A stretch of DNA of 63,373 nucleotides, filler included, from Licmophora abbreviata (lineage: Eukaryota): assembly GCA_900291995.1 (NCBI GenBank). It is 11 parts of 11 records of this genome, joined end to end, with 100 filler letters (N's around TTAATTAATTAA, not from the genome) between each part and the next. Parts side by side here need not be neighbours in the genome. Positions count along the whole stretch, not along the records: positions 5,451 to 12,710 come from OLMU01005405.1; positions 12,811 to 16,064 come from OLMU01005406.1; positions 16,165 to 19,405 come from OLMU01005407.1; positions 19,506 to 25,934 come from OLMU01005408.1; 7 more parts are not named here. One strand, written 5' to 3'. The notes beneath the pieces were generated by a model, which had not been told where the DNA came from, searched no databases, and saw only the letters and a program-made list of their open reading frames with translations. A program made the position numbers and the translations under genes. Each line of letters starts with the position of its first letter. Positions within the stretch are counted from its first letter, which is position 1. Of the stretch, positions 11,184 to 21,666 are shown one piece after another.

Positions 11184-13701
11184 ATGTACGCTGCCTCTGA
11201 CGCCGACTCGTTGTCTCCGCAATCTACATTTCGGCGACGCCATTACTCTGGACAAACCATCAAATGCTTCATTCTCACGCCAAACGCGCAATACATCAAC
11301 CCCGCGTTTGCTCAACTTGGCGATTCTTCTGACGACAACCATCGCTTGGCGTCGCCTCCTTCGATATCTACCTTCGACGGCATGCTGTTCCAACCCATCC
11401 TCTCGACTGGATCTCCACCCTCTTCGACTGTGTCACTTGAACAATCCCTACGGATCGATCGACGGTTCTCTCCCGGGCCGATTGTGTCTGATTCTTCGCC
11501 GCTTCCATTGCCTTCACCATCGCCGACGATAACTTCGACACTCATGGTATCAACTCCTCCACATTGGTCTCTCGAATCGATAGCTTCGTCGCCATCCACT
11601 TTTGCATCGCCTGTTGGAGAATTTTCGATACCCCCATCTGCCGGACGAGGTCTTCTTTCTAGTCCGAGCCTATTCGGTACTCCTTTGTCTAGTCTCCCTC
11701 GTTATGATTCATCTCTGGGAATGCTGACGAAGAAGTTCATGTCCATTCTGCTTTCTTCTCCGGGAAGCAGTATGGATCTCAACGACGCTGCTCAAGATCT
11801 GGGCGTGCAGAAACGTCGGATCTACGATATCACCAATGTTCTGGAAGGAATAGGGCTCATTCAGAAGCAGAGCAAGAATCGTATTCAGATAAACCCAAAC
11901 CCCCCTAAGTCCTTCCTTTCGGATAGCGACGAAAGAAAGGCGGACGGAGAAATTGACAGCTACGACATTGGGAGTCCGCCAAGAATTACAAAGACAGCTG
12001 CTGTTCGACCAGTATCTTCGAGAGCAGAAGCGTTGCGGCGGGAGATTGACTCTCTACGGCAAGCGGAGCGGCAACTTGACCAGCACATTGAGGTGTTGAC
12101 GAATATGGCCCAAGCCTTTGTACCCCGAAAGGATTCATCAAGTCGGCGCTCGAGAATCACGCGAACCGAGAACCTGTCCCGATTTATGTATTTTCGACTT
12201 GAAGACATTGCCTCTCTACCCGCATACACAGAAGATACAGTCATTGCGATCAGAGCTCCTGCAGGTACTTCTCTAGAAGTTCCCGATGCTGACCAGGGAA
12301 TGAAATTGGGGATGCGGAGATTTGAGATCTACTTGAACAGTCGCGGAAGACAGCAGAGGGGCGGGGGCGCGGGTGGTGGTCCTATCAACGTTTATCTCGT
12401 GCGGTACGCCGGGGAACAAACCCGTTCTGGGGAGACCTCTGGTCTCGCAGCTGCAACCGAACCTTCGTCTGAGCCCACGGCGCTCGCCTATTTACCGCCC
12501 CGTGGCCAGGCACGCGCACACCGTTCCTCGCGCTCGACTGAACGTGGACTGCCTCCCATTCCTGCTGATCATGGGCAGGCTCAATCTGGGTATACTTCAA
12601 GGCCACCGAGCTCGATTGCAGGTAGCCGGGGACGGCTCGGGGCCGGAGTTCTGCCGCACATGTGGCAACCTGACGCCGGGACCTTGCCTGGTGTCTCTCT
12701 TGGGCGTACTNNNNNNNNNNNNNNNNNNNNNNNNNNNNNNNNNNNNNNNNNNNNTTAATTAATTAANNNNNNNNNNNNNNNNNNNNNNNNNNNNNNNNNN
12801 NNNNNNNNNNCCCGGGCCGTCATTGGGTCATCCGCACTCGCAGATGTATCCGATTAGTGTCCTGAACCCATATGAGAATGGACTTTGGCCGGTACAGCAG
12901 CAGTGGCCGCCCATACAAGAAAGGCTACAGCACGAACCGACATCGCATACTCAATATTGGGCTCCTCCAATGCAAGAAATGTCGAGGAAGTCCAACCGAC
13001 CGGCACAGAAAAATTCGTCGGCTGTTGAAAGTCATGGACAGGAGGAACAGTTTTTGCTAGCGAAACAAGGAAGAAAGCGTGATCCCGGACGGCCTGACCC
13101 TCTCAGTAGTCAGCCCCCCACGAGGCGACGACGAACGTCAATTTCTTTGAAACCGCGGACGACGCCCAATCGTACAAGGGATCCGGTGGGCCCCATGGAT
13201 GGATCAGCTTCGACATATGAATCCGCTTATGACTCGAGAAGCATCAGACAATCTTTCGATCCTCCTGGTGGGATATCATCTCCTCCGATTCATTCCCAGG
13301 GTCCTCGCATGGGAGAATCCGTGGACTTTGAATCGGTGGATCCGCAAACACCTCGGGGAATATCTTCAAACACTGCGTCAACAGGAGTTAGTCCAATGAG
13401 TTTCCATCTCGACCTCCTGAATATGCCCCTTCAGTCTCCTTCGACGAGACAGTATGGGACGATGCCTGGGTCAACGCCTGGTCTTGGCTCGCCTATCCTT
13501 GTGGGGACGCAACATGTTCGACACAGTGGCGTACATCAAACACCATCACATCCGCTTCCTGGACTCCCAAGTGATCTATATCCGGAAGATTTTCTCCCTG
13601 GACATGGCGAAGAAGCTACATGGCACGAATTGCTGCCCGAGAATAGCAATATATTCGAACCTGGCAACACTGCGGAAGAGAAGGAGCCGGGCAATGCATA
13701 A
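11184..13701 (+). CDS. E2F: E2F transcription factor (interrupted by gap 12711-12810)
   Basis: Winged-helix RYDSSLGMLTKKF...KRRIYDITNVLEGIGLI, then coiled coil and marked box VIAIRAPAGT.LEVPD...GPINVYLV. A Pro/Ser-rich tail continues after the gap (linkage inferred). Confidence 0.9.
12711..12810. other. Scaffold gap spacer
   Basis: N44-TTAATTAATTAA-N44. Confidence 0.98.
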
Positions 13702-14047
13702 CATCGAAACGGGATGCTATAGAAGGGAATCAAATCGATGTTGTGGAGGGGACATTTTATGTAATCTTTTGACGAATCTGCTGTTGCAGACTGCGAAGAT
13801 TCGCGGCCGAAACAGCACACATCACGTGGGATGCGTACTAGTTAGTGCAGCGCATTATTTGAGAAAAAAAAGTTGACCTAGGGGATACGTTAACATTACT
13901 CGAGCCACATCATTTTGCAATCCGGGTATATCCATCTCGTACAATGAGGTCAAAGGGCGCATTTAAAGTTTTTGTCGTACAAACTCTTCGTCACGAACGG
14001 CACTTTCTTTCACTGACGCATCAATATTGTTACGAAAATATCGTATC

Positions 14048-15757
14048 CTATATGGCGTTTACTAAAAGTGCAATAAGGAAAGCAAGCGAAGTCAGCTGCA
14101 TAGTCCTTGTCACAGTAGACCCGCTGCTTGGCGCGGGCGTGAGAAGCGGCGGTCTCTGCGCGGCGGTCTCGAGATCCTCTCCAAAGGGCGGACGGGTGGG
14201 AGCGGGTGCTGTTATGAGGGTAGGACCAGACGATGGCGCAGACGACGGCACAGACGACGGCGCCATGGTGGGGCCAATGGGACATTTGTATTCCAGAGAT
14301 TCAGCCAGGTTCAATGGCATCCCAGGTCCTTGCACGTCCACCCATGCCATGGACCCATTGTCTTCGTGCATCAAAATATGACAATGCAGTACACAGCGCT
14401 GTCCAAAATCTGCGGCTTTGAATCGAACTATGCAGTCGCCATCTGCCGAGATTGTATCATAGAACTAGGTTTTGAAAAGGTAACAAAAAATGTGAGACGA
14501 CCGGTCTCAAGTTGGATGGTACCAAGTACAGAAAGATAACATCAATTTCATGCGTACCTCCCCTTCTTCGTGATCCCCACAGCCACCCGGCGTAACTACA
14601 AGCATATGGTAGAGATGAAGATGGAAAGGATGTCCAGAAGTCGCAATAAGAGTCCATTCGTGAACTTCATCGTAGGCAATTTGGGCGAGCGCAACATCTG
14701 GATTCCACCTCACACCATTCACATTGTCGTACGCAAGGTGGACGGTGAGCTTGTTCTCGTCCGAGACCAATGTCGTTCGTGGAACCTCCAGCGAAGGCGG
14801 TCGATTTGGAGACCATGTGCCCAGAAGCAAATGAGGATCCAGTTCAACGCTTCCGATCTGAATCGTCGCGACAGTCTCCCCATAGTAGCGTACCGTGGCT
14901 ATATCGTTCGGGGACGAGCAGCGCAGCGCAAAGTCGGCGCGTGAAGCACCCGTTAACCCAAACGTATTGTTCTTTGGCCCTGGCACCGACGATCTCCAAA
15001 TACCATCGTTCGCAACAATGTGAACATCACAGTTACCTCCTTCGAACGTGAGATATTCCGTCTGAGACTCAGCTGCTACGACGGACACGCGAAGTCGATA
15101 CCACTGATCTGAGCTAACGGATATAACCTCATTTTTCTTTCCATTGCCAAGGATTCCGTTCCAGGTGAGTGCAATCTGGAGCAAGAGCTCGTTCGTTGTC
15201 CACGATGGCAGTGTGGGGTTCAGCTTCGTATTGTCTTCAACAATCAGCATTCCATATGCTCCACCAACCACCTGTTCCTCCGTAAATCCATGATGGTGAG
15301 CATGATACCAGTAAGTTCCGCCGGGATGATCCAGAGCAATATCCCAGGTATAGTCCAGACAATTTCCTCCACCTGAAACTTGTCGAACGACATCATCAGA
15401 GTCGCCGTCGCCGACAATGTGGAGGCCGTGGGTGTGTATATTGGTGGCGATCCATTGTCTCTCAGCCGCGTTCCGGAGTGTGAAGAGATACTTCTTTCCA
15501 GCCTGGAGCCGAATGATTGGTCCAGAGATCCCAACGCAAGGGCACCCTTCTGGGTCTTCGCATGGAAGTCGGTATGCATACGTCAGAAAGTCATCTCCGG
15601 AACAAAATTCAAGCATTCCACAGAAGTCGTAACCTGCGGGGCAGTCGGCCCCTTGGCTCCAAACCAACGGCTCTCCAGGATATTCCGCCCGAATTGGGAC
15701 AGCCAACGACACGAACACAACCGCAGCAAGGGAAACAATGGAAGAGACCAACGACAT
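14048..15757 (-). CDS. Secreted, probably GPI-anchored multicopper oxidase (exons 15757-14558, 14464-14048)
   Basis: All four Cu-binding motifs: TNIHTHG, YWYHAHHHG, HPFHLH, HCHILMHEDNGSM. Also a signal peptide, an S/P/T-rich linker and a hydrophobic C-terminal tail. Confidence 0.92.
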
Positions 15758-15898
15758 CCTGGCATTCCTCGTCCTCTCTTGCCGTTCGGTTCGCATTCGT
15801 GCCATATTCAATATTGGCAAACTCAAATGGCATCTGCTGTGCCCATTCTTGCAAAAATTTGATCTGGGCTCGCCTTCCTTCGAGAGTTTTCGAAGCGA

Positions 15899-16515
15899 CC
15901 CGGTCCGCCGTACGCAACCAACGCTTATTTAACCGTCTTTTCATAACATCTATTGAAAATCTGTATATGTATATAAGCTTCAACAAAAAGAAAACTCTCA
16001 GCGGACTCGATCCTCAAAAGTAGAAAAACGATGAACCACTGTGCCAAACCCGGCCTCCGGCCCCNNNNNNNNNNNNNNNNNNNNNNNNNNNNNNNNNNNN
16101 NNNNNNNNTTAATTAATTAANNNNNNNNNNNNNNNNNNNNNNNNNNNNNNNNNNNNNNNNNNNNTCTTTTCATAACATCTATTGAAAATCTGTATATGTA
16201 TATAAGCTTCAACAAAAAGAAAACTCTCAGCGGACTCGATCCTCAAAAGTAGAAAAACGATGAACCACTGTGCCAAACCCGGCCTCCGGCCCCCGACCAC
16301 CCACCCCTGCATTGTATATAAACATTAGGGGAGACAGCGAACGTTAGGGATGCACATCGACATCGAATCCCGTAGGCTAGATACCAGAAACACCGTAGGG
16401 TTGACACCCCCAGTCCTTAGGGTTGCACCGCTGCAGGGTGGGGTTAGTTTGGTATCTCCCCTGTAGAATCCTACGAAGCCGTTATTTGAGCGTTGGTTGC
16501 GTACGGCGGACCGGG
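15899..16515. mobile_element. Putative non-autonomous DNA transposon/MITE-like element with perfect 27-bp terminal inverted repeats
   Basis: 15899-15925 (cccggtccgccgtacgcaaccaacgct) is the exact reverse complement of 16489-16515. The interior is non-coding and the assembly breaks inside it. No target-site duplication was found. Confidence 0.6.
16065..16164. other. Scaffold gap spacer; flanks overlap by 129 bp
   Basis: N-linker; 15936-16064 is identical to 16165-16293. Confidence 0.97.
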
Positions 16516-16731
16516 ACGCCGACAGGCGCACCTCTTCATTATACGGATATGCATGGATGAATTACGATAATAAATGTACCTCGTGACTGGATTTCATACG
16601 AGTCGAGTCGAGTCGAACCTAGAGTGAGTCCCGTGAGTGAAAAGTACGTCAGTCGACACCACAAAATGAACGCGACCCATCACGTCCACACAACAAAGCA
16701 CATTACGACACCAACCACAACAGAACAAACG

Positions 16732-17793
16732 ATGACCACGCTGTTGACCGTCGTATTGCTGTCTCTGTGTGCAGTGTTTCATACTGCTGGAGTCGATGCA
16801 TTCAGTCTTGAGCAGAATGGAAGTCGTTTACGAGAAGCTTTCTACTCGCCGGCAGGGAAACTCACCTTGAGCCCAGAGATCATCATACCTGAACCGACAG
16901 ATCCGACAGCCATCCTGCTACAATCCAACGCGGTCAAGATTTTGTCAGAGAGAATCCGAACAGAGGCGAAGGCAAATTCGGCATGGATCTCGGGGAGTGT
17001 TGCTTCAGTTCAGACAGTTGCGGCGGAGCAGGAACAAGCTCGAGGAAACTTTCCAGGTCCGGTGCCCATCATTTTCTGTCCATCGGGGGAGAGTTCCGCT
17101 GAGGACATGTCGGCGTTGGCAGCAGTTGGAGCGGCCGGAATTCTAGCGACACTTGCGAATGGAGAAGCTCTCTCGTCCGTCGATGATATTGTGGTGGACG
17201 ATGCAATCAGCTCACTGTGCTCAACAGCTTTGAAAAATGGGCTGCAGCCAATTCCTGAGATTGTCTTATGTGAAGAGGCCGCCGCTGGATTGACCGAGGG
17301 TGATGTTTCTTCCATGGTGAAAAAGCTGTTGTCTGACCTCGAGTTTGAGCCTGTGGGTCTGTTGCTTACGGTGAACCCGTCAGACGAGGATGCACAGGTG
17401 TCGCTGCCGCGAGTTCCAAGAGCTTTGGGCAAGACGACCCCCATTTTGGGTAGCGTCCGAGTTGCCGCCGGCGAAGATCGTATTGGAACGGAGACAGCAC
17501 GGTTTAAGGACGCGGGTTTCACGGGTGGGCTGCTGCGATCGGACTGCGTACCAGGATTTCGTATGAATCCAGATTTGGATGTTGTCGGCCGTTTCTGGAG
17601 TGCCTGTATTGGAAGCTTGAAGAGCACCAAAAGCAAAAGTTTCAATTTCCAATCCAAGAACTTAATGGAGAAACACCTTCCATCCGAATGGGCAAAGTAT
17701 CAGAAGGATGTGATGGATTCGGGAGCCCTTGGCTCTGCCGACGATGCATTCTCTCAAGTCGACTCGGCGTCCGGAGACTACACGGGCTTCTAA
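16732..17793 (+). CDS. Plastid-targeted protein of unknown function, possibly a degenerate IGPS/TrpC-like TIM barrel
   Basis: Signal peptide ending VDA-F (ASAF-like). Long intronless ORF with alternating beta/alpha-like segments (GPVPIIF, ALAAVGAAGIL, GLQPIPEI, FKDAGFTGGLL). Confidence 0.75.
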   Translation: MTTLLTVVLLSLCAVFHTAGVDAFSLEQNGSRLREAFYSPAGKLTLSPEIIIPEPTDPTAILLQSNAVKILSERIRTEAKANSAWISGSVASVQTVAAEQEQARGNFPGPVPIIFCPSGESSAEDMSALAAVGAAGILATLANGEALSSVDDIVVDDAISSLCSTALKNGLQPIPEIVLCEEAAAGLTEGDVSSMVKKLLSDLEFEPVGLLLTVNPSDEDAQVSLPRVPRALGKTTPILGSVRVAAGEDRIGTETARFKDAGFTGGLLRSDCVPGFRMNPDLDVVGRFWSACIGSLKSTKSKSFNFQSKNLMEKHLPSEWAKYQKDVMDSGALGSADDAFSQVDSASGDYTGF

Positions 17794-17949
17794 CCAACGA
17801 ATACCACACGTACATTTGAACCGCTTGCAGCTCCATACGCATGCAGTCGCCTCTATCCCATACCTCGCTACGTTCTAAGACTTAGTGTATAAAAGAGTTG
17901 GAATTATAACAAAGCTAGGATACTGTGCAAGTAACACGTCCAGATCGGT

Positions 17950-19140
17950 CTATGGACCTTCGGCATCCTGTTGAACGAAATAGTCTGCACACGCCGATAG
18001 CGTCGGTCCTACCGGTGCTTCCAATTTGAGTACATCCAACCCTTCCTCCTCGGCTCTTGTTTTTCCAACGTTTAAGACAGCAACCGGGATGTCAAGTGAA
18101 GTCGCCGCTTTAACAAATCGATACGCTGAGTGGACCGCTAGTGACGATCCGACGCAAAGAAGGCCGTCCGCTGCACGAACAGCCGCTTGACATCGCTTGA
18201 CTCTATGCTTGGGAACATTATCCCCGAAGAAGACGACGTCCGGTTTGAAGAATCCACCACATTTCTGACAATTCGGTACAACAACATCGCTGTAGTTGTC
18301 TTTCGCAATGTAAGCGTCTCCATCGGGTCGCAATGCAGAGGACTCGTCCTCGTGTTGTTTGGACATTTCCAACACTTGCAGCAGCCAGTCGGCGTTCAAG
18401 CGCTCAAGATCGTCATGAAAATTCTGTCTCGGTCGAAATGTTCCACATGACATGCACTTGAGTCGATCGGTGCGCCCATGCAATTCTGTCACGTGCCGTG
18501 TTTCAGCTTTGCGATGCAAGGAATCGACATTTTGGGTAATCACACTCATGCGGTGCTGCCCACTGCTAGTGGTCCAGTCCATAAGGTCTTCTTGTCGATA
18601 ATATTCCATGCTGTCCTCAAACGCCACGCCTATTTTGTTCCTTTTTTCTAGACGCGTGAGCGAATGGTGTCCCGTGTTGGGTTGCATCTCATCGAAATCC
18701 CTCCATCCCACCATGGCTCGTCCCCAGTAGCGCTGTCGCTGAGCGGCGCTGCTCATGAACTGATCGTGAATCATGGGTTTGTGGCCATTGTGATAGGATC
18801 CAGCGTGCCCTCGATAATCTGGAATCCCTGATTCTGTCGACAAGCCAGCTCCAGTCAATGCTAAGACGTTCTTTTTTCCTTGGAACCAGTCGACGAGCAT
18901 GCCTACTTTCCTTTGTAGTTGTTCCGTCGTCAGCAACGTGTGTGGACTGGGAGGTCGCTCCGAGGCTTCGTGTAATCCATTTCCAGAAGGAGAGAGTAGA
19001 CGAGTGTGGGCGGATCTCCGCAACGTTCCGGTAGTCCTACCGTGGAGCGAAACCATGGCGACGACAGAGGCACCACCCGAAACGAGAGAGAAACAAAGCG
19101 TCAGAGAAATTAAGAAGAGACCTACAGTGTCGAATATCAT
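17950..19140 (-). CDS. NAD-dependent sirtuin, SIRT4-like (class II)
   Basis: Motifs GAGLSTESGIPDYRG, RQRYWGR, ITQNVDSLH, ELHG, CxxC...CxxC, KPDVVFFG, GSSLAVHS. Confidence 0.92.
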   Translation of the reverse strand: MIFDTVGLFLISLTLCFSLVSGGASVVAMVSLHGRTTGTLRRSAHTRLLSPSGNGLHEASERPPSPHTLLTTEQLQRKVGMLVDWFQGKKNVLALTGAGLSTESGIPDYRGHAGSYHNGHKPMIHDQFMSSAAQRQRYWGRAMVGWRDFDEMQPNTGHHSLTRLEKRNKIGVAFEDSMEYYRQEDLMDWTTSSGQHRMSVITQNVDSLHRKAETRHVTELHGRTDRLKCMSCGTFRPRQNFHDDLERLNADWLLQVLEMSKQHEDESSALRPDGDAYIAKDNYSDVVVPNCQKCGGFFKPDVVFFGDNVPKHRVKRCQAAVRAADGLLCVGSSLAVHSAYRFVKAATSLDIPVAVLNVGKTRAEEEGLDVLKLEAPVGPTLSACADYFVQQDAEGP

Positions 19141-19405
19141 GTGGATAAAAAATCAAAACTGAATGTGCCAAACGACCCTTCGATAAGGAAGCAGCAATCC
19201 GCAAGCACGTGTAATGTGATCGCACGACAGAGCCGAACGCATCCCATGGTCGCGACGGCATGTTGTTAGAAGACTGTGACTGAGGTCTGAGTCGCGTCAG
19301 TCGACTGAGTCGAGTGAGTCCATTGGGTTAGAGTCGAGTCGAGTCAGTCGAGTCAGTCTATTTGTACCAAGGTATCGTACGATACAGGTATCATCCCTGA
19401 TGGTA

Positions 19406-19505
19406 NNNNNNNNNNNNNNNNNNNNNNNNNNNNNNNNNNNNNNNNNNNNTTAATTAATTAANNNNNNNNNNNNNNNNNNNNNNNNNNNNNNNNNNNNNNN
19501 NNNNN
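19406..19505. other. Scaffold gap spacer
   Basis: N44-TTAATTAATTAA-N44. Confidence 0.98.
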
Positions 19506-19615
19506 CCGTAACAGGGACAGTTGTGAAGGCACACAACAACGTCGGCTCTATGTACTTCTCGTTTTCGACTCGGCACTACGCACACGCCATCCTGAAAACA
19601 CAAAGAGAAGGGTCA

Positions 19616-21177
19616 ATGCAGTCGGCGGTAAAAAATACGCTCAATCTAGCACTACGACATCGCAGAGTGGGATCGGTTCCGAATAGCCCTCGAGGATGGG
19701 AGGTTGATGGGCAAGGTCAATGCCATTGTGCAGCAAAAAGAGTATCACTTTCTCTTCATGCTTCAAGTGAAAGATCTGATTGCGTATCATCACAAATAGG
19801 GAGATCTCGACTTTTTTCCAACGACGCATCGCATGCTTTGAACCCTGCGCCGTCACTGTCCGGACTGGGGCTCTACCACAGGCTCGTCAAGCCACACCTC
19901 CATGTCATCCAGCAGCTTCCAGAAGTGCAAGCCGCGCTCCTACAACCACAGATAGCAACCACCAACTTGTTGCGTGCGGCAGAAGTGTTTGAAACAATGG
20001 GAAAGGGAAATCCTCATCATGTGGCGACACTTGCCTTGTTGGCCGACGCCTATCAGATCCAGGGGCAATACGACAAGGCAGTTACGGCTCTAACAGAGAT
20101 GGAAGAGTGCTGCAGTAAGGATGCTTCCGAACCAGTTATTCTCTTGGCACGGTCGAAGGCGGCGTGGTGTAGTGGCGACTTTGACGCGGCGCTGGATTGC
20201 TCCAGTAGCGTCGCCGAGTCACCGCAGGCACTCTCCTCTGACTTTTTGAAGGCATGTGCCAACAGCTCACGGGGATTGTCCCAATTAATACCAATACAAG
20301 ATATGACCCAAGCTGAGGCAACTACAACTGCGTTACGAGTCTCAGCGACCGCGTTGGAGCACTTATACGAGGAGTCGCAGTCGGTTGCTGTGGCACTTTG
20401 CGCTGCTTCTGCTCTTTCAAACTGTGGCGTCGCTGAATTGGCCTTCCGAAAGCTTGTCAACGATAAGGTATGGTCTACATAGTGGCTTCTGTCTCGGTCT
20501 GGGAGCAAATGGTCGTGCTTGCCATCCATTTCGTCTTACACCGTCAATACCTCTTTCCTGTCAAATTTACTTTGCAGTCGCCCTCGGCCCACGCGACGCC
20601 AGACGTGGCGCTACAGAGTTGGCGTGACGGAATATCGCTCTTGGATCGACTTGATCCTTCAATCAGTACATCGCTGCAGTGCTATGAAAAGACATATTCT
20701 CGATTGATTCGTTCTCACTTGTACGGCAACATGGCGCTGGCGCTTTTGTCATCCCCAGACGACAGTGGCAATCTGACAACGGCATCTGAGTACGCCAGTC
20801 TAGCACTGCGCTTGGTGGAGACAGAGAAAGAGAAGGCAGCGAGAAATGACTATAAACATGCATTGGGACGAGCGCTCGGGTTAACTGCCGCGTGCTATCG
20901 TCGAGCGGACTCAGCGTTGACCGCGGAAGGGTTGTTCAAATCTGCAATCGACGCTCTTGAACAAGGACGTGGCGGAGCGCCGGTCAAGTTAGACTTGAGA
21001 AGGACTTATGATGAGTATGCGCTGCTATGCCATAGTTGGGACAGGCGTAAACGAGACGCAGAAACCTTAGAGCAGAAGAGCCGGGACATTGACAGCGGTC
21101 TACAAAACAGCTGGAAGGGCAAGCCTGACATTTACAGCGGCTTGTGCTTTTTCGTTCCCGATACTTTCTCGTCGTAA
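19616..21177 (+). CDS. TPR-like helical-repeat protein, possible mitochondrial presequence (intron 20468-20577)
   Basis: TPR-like helices (LALLADAYQIQGQYDKAV, ALTAEGLFKSAI) and an Arg/Ser-rich N-terminus; the GT-AG intron joins two ORFs in frame. Confidence 0.7.
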
Positions 21178-21666
21178 TTGATATTAGAAGTAGATGTTTT
21201 CAATTGCGCACGGGAATTTGGTTCTGTATCAATGCGACGACGGGCTGTGGGGATGTTGATCATCTCTAGATAGCCTACCGATGGCCAGAAACTGGTATCC
21301 AAAGAGCATATGTCATATTTTAGATTGCGAATAACGTTCAAGCGATCATGGTCGCCTCGGCTGGACTTCCGGTTGGCTCATGCACGAGCTGTTTCCGCAT
21401 ATGACAGACATCATCGTAGAAGACGTCTACGTCTAGCTGCTATTGTGACTTCGAACTTCGAGCCTAAACGCTCGAAAAGAAGAAAAGCGCGACTCTCGGC
21501 GCGCAGCGACACTGCGATGGGGATTCGTAAACATCGATCGCGATCACCACACACATCACCCGACAGCACGCACGTTGCATCCGACAACTGCCTCGCCAGT
21601 GATCGGTTTTACTGCTTCTCGTTGCCATCGACGGCCCTTCCTTCTGCTGCTTCAGTGCCGTATACC

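Noticed and set aside
15936..16293. 129-bp perfect direct repeat (15936-16064 = 16165-16293)
   Set aside because: The copies abut the two sides of a gap, so this is most simply an unmerged contig overlap rather than an LTR or tandem duplication.
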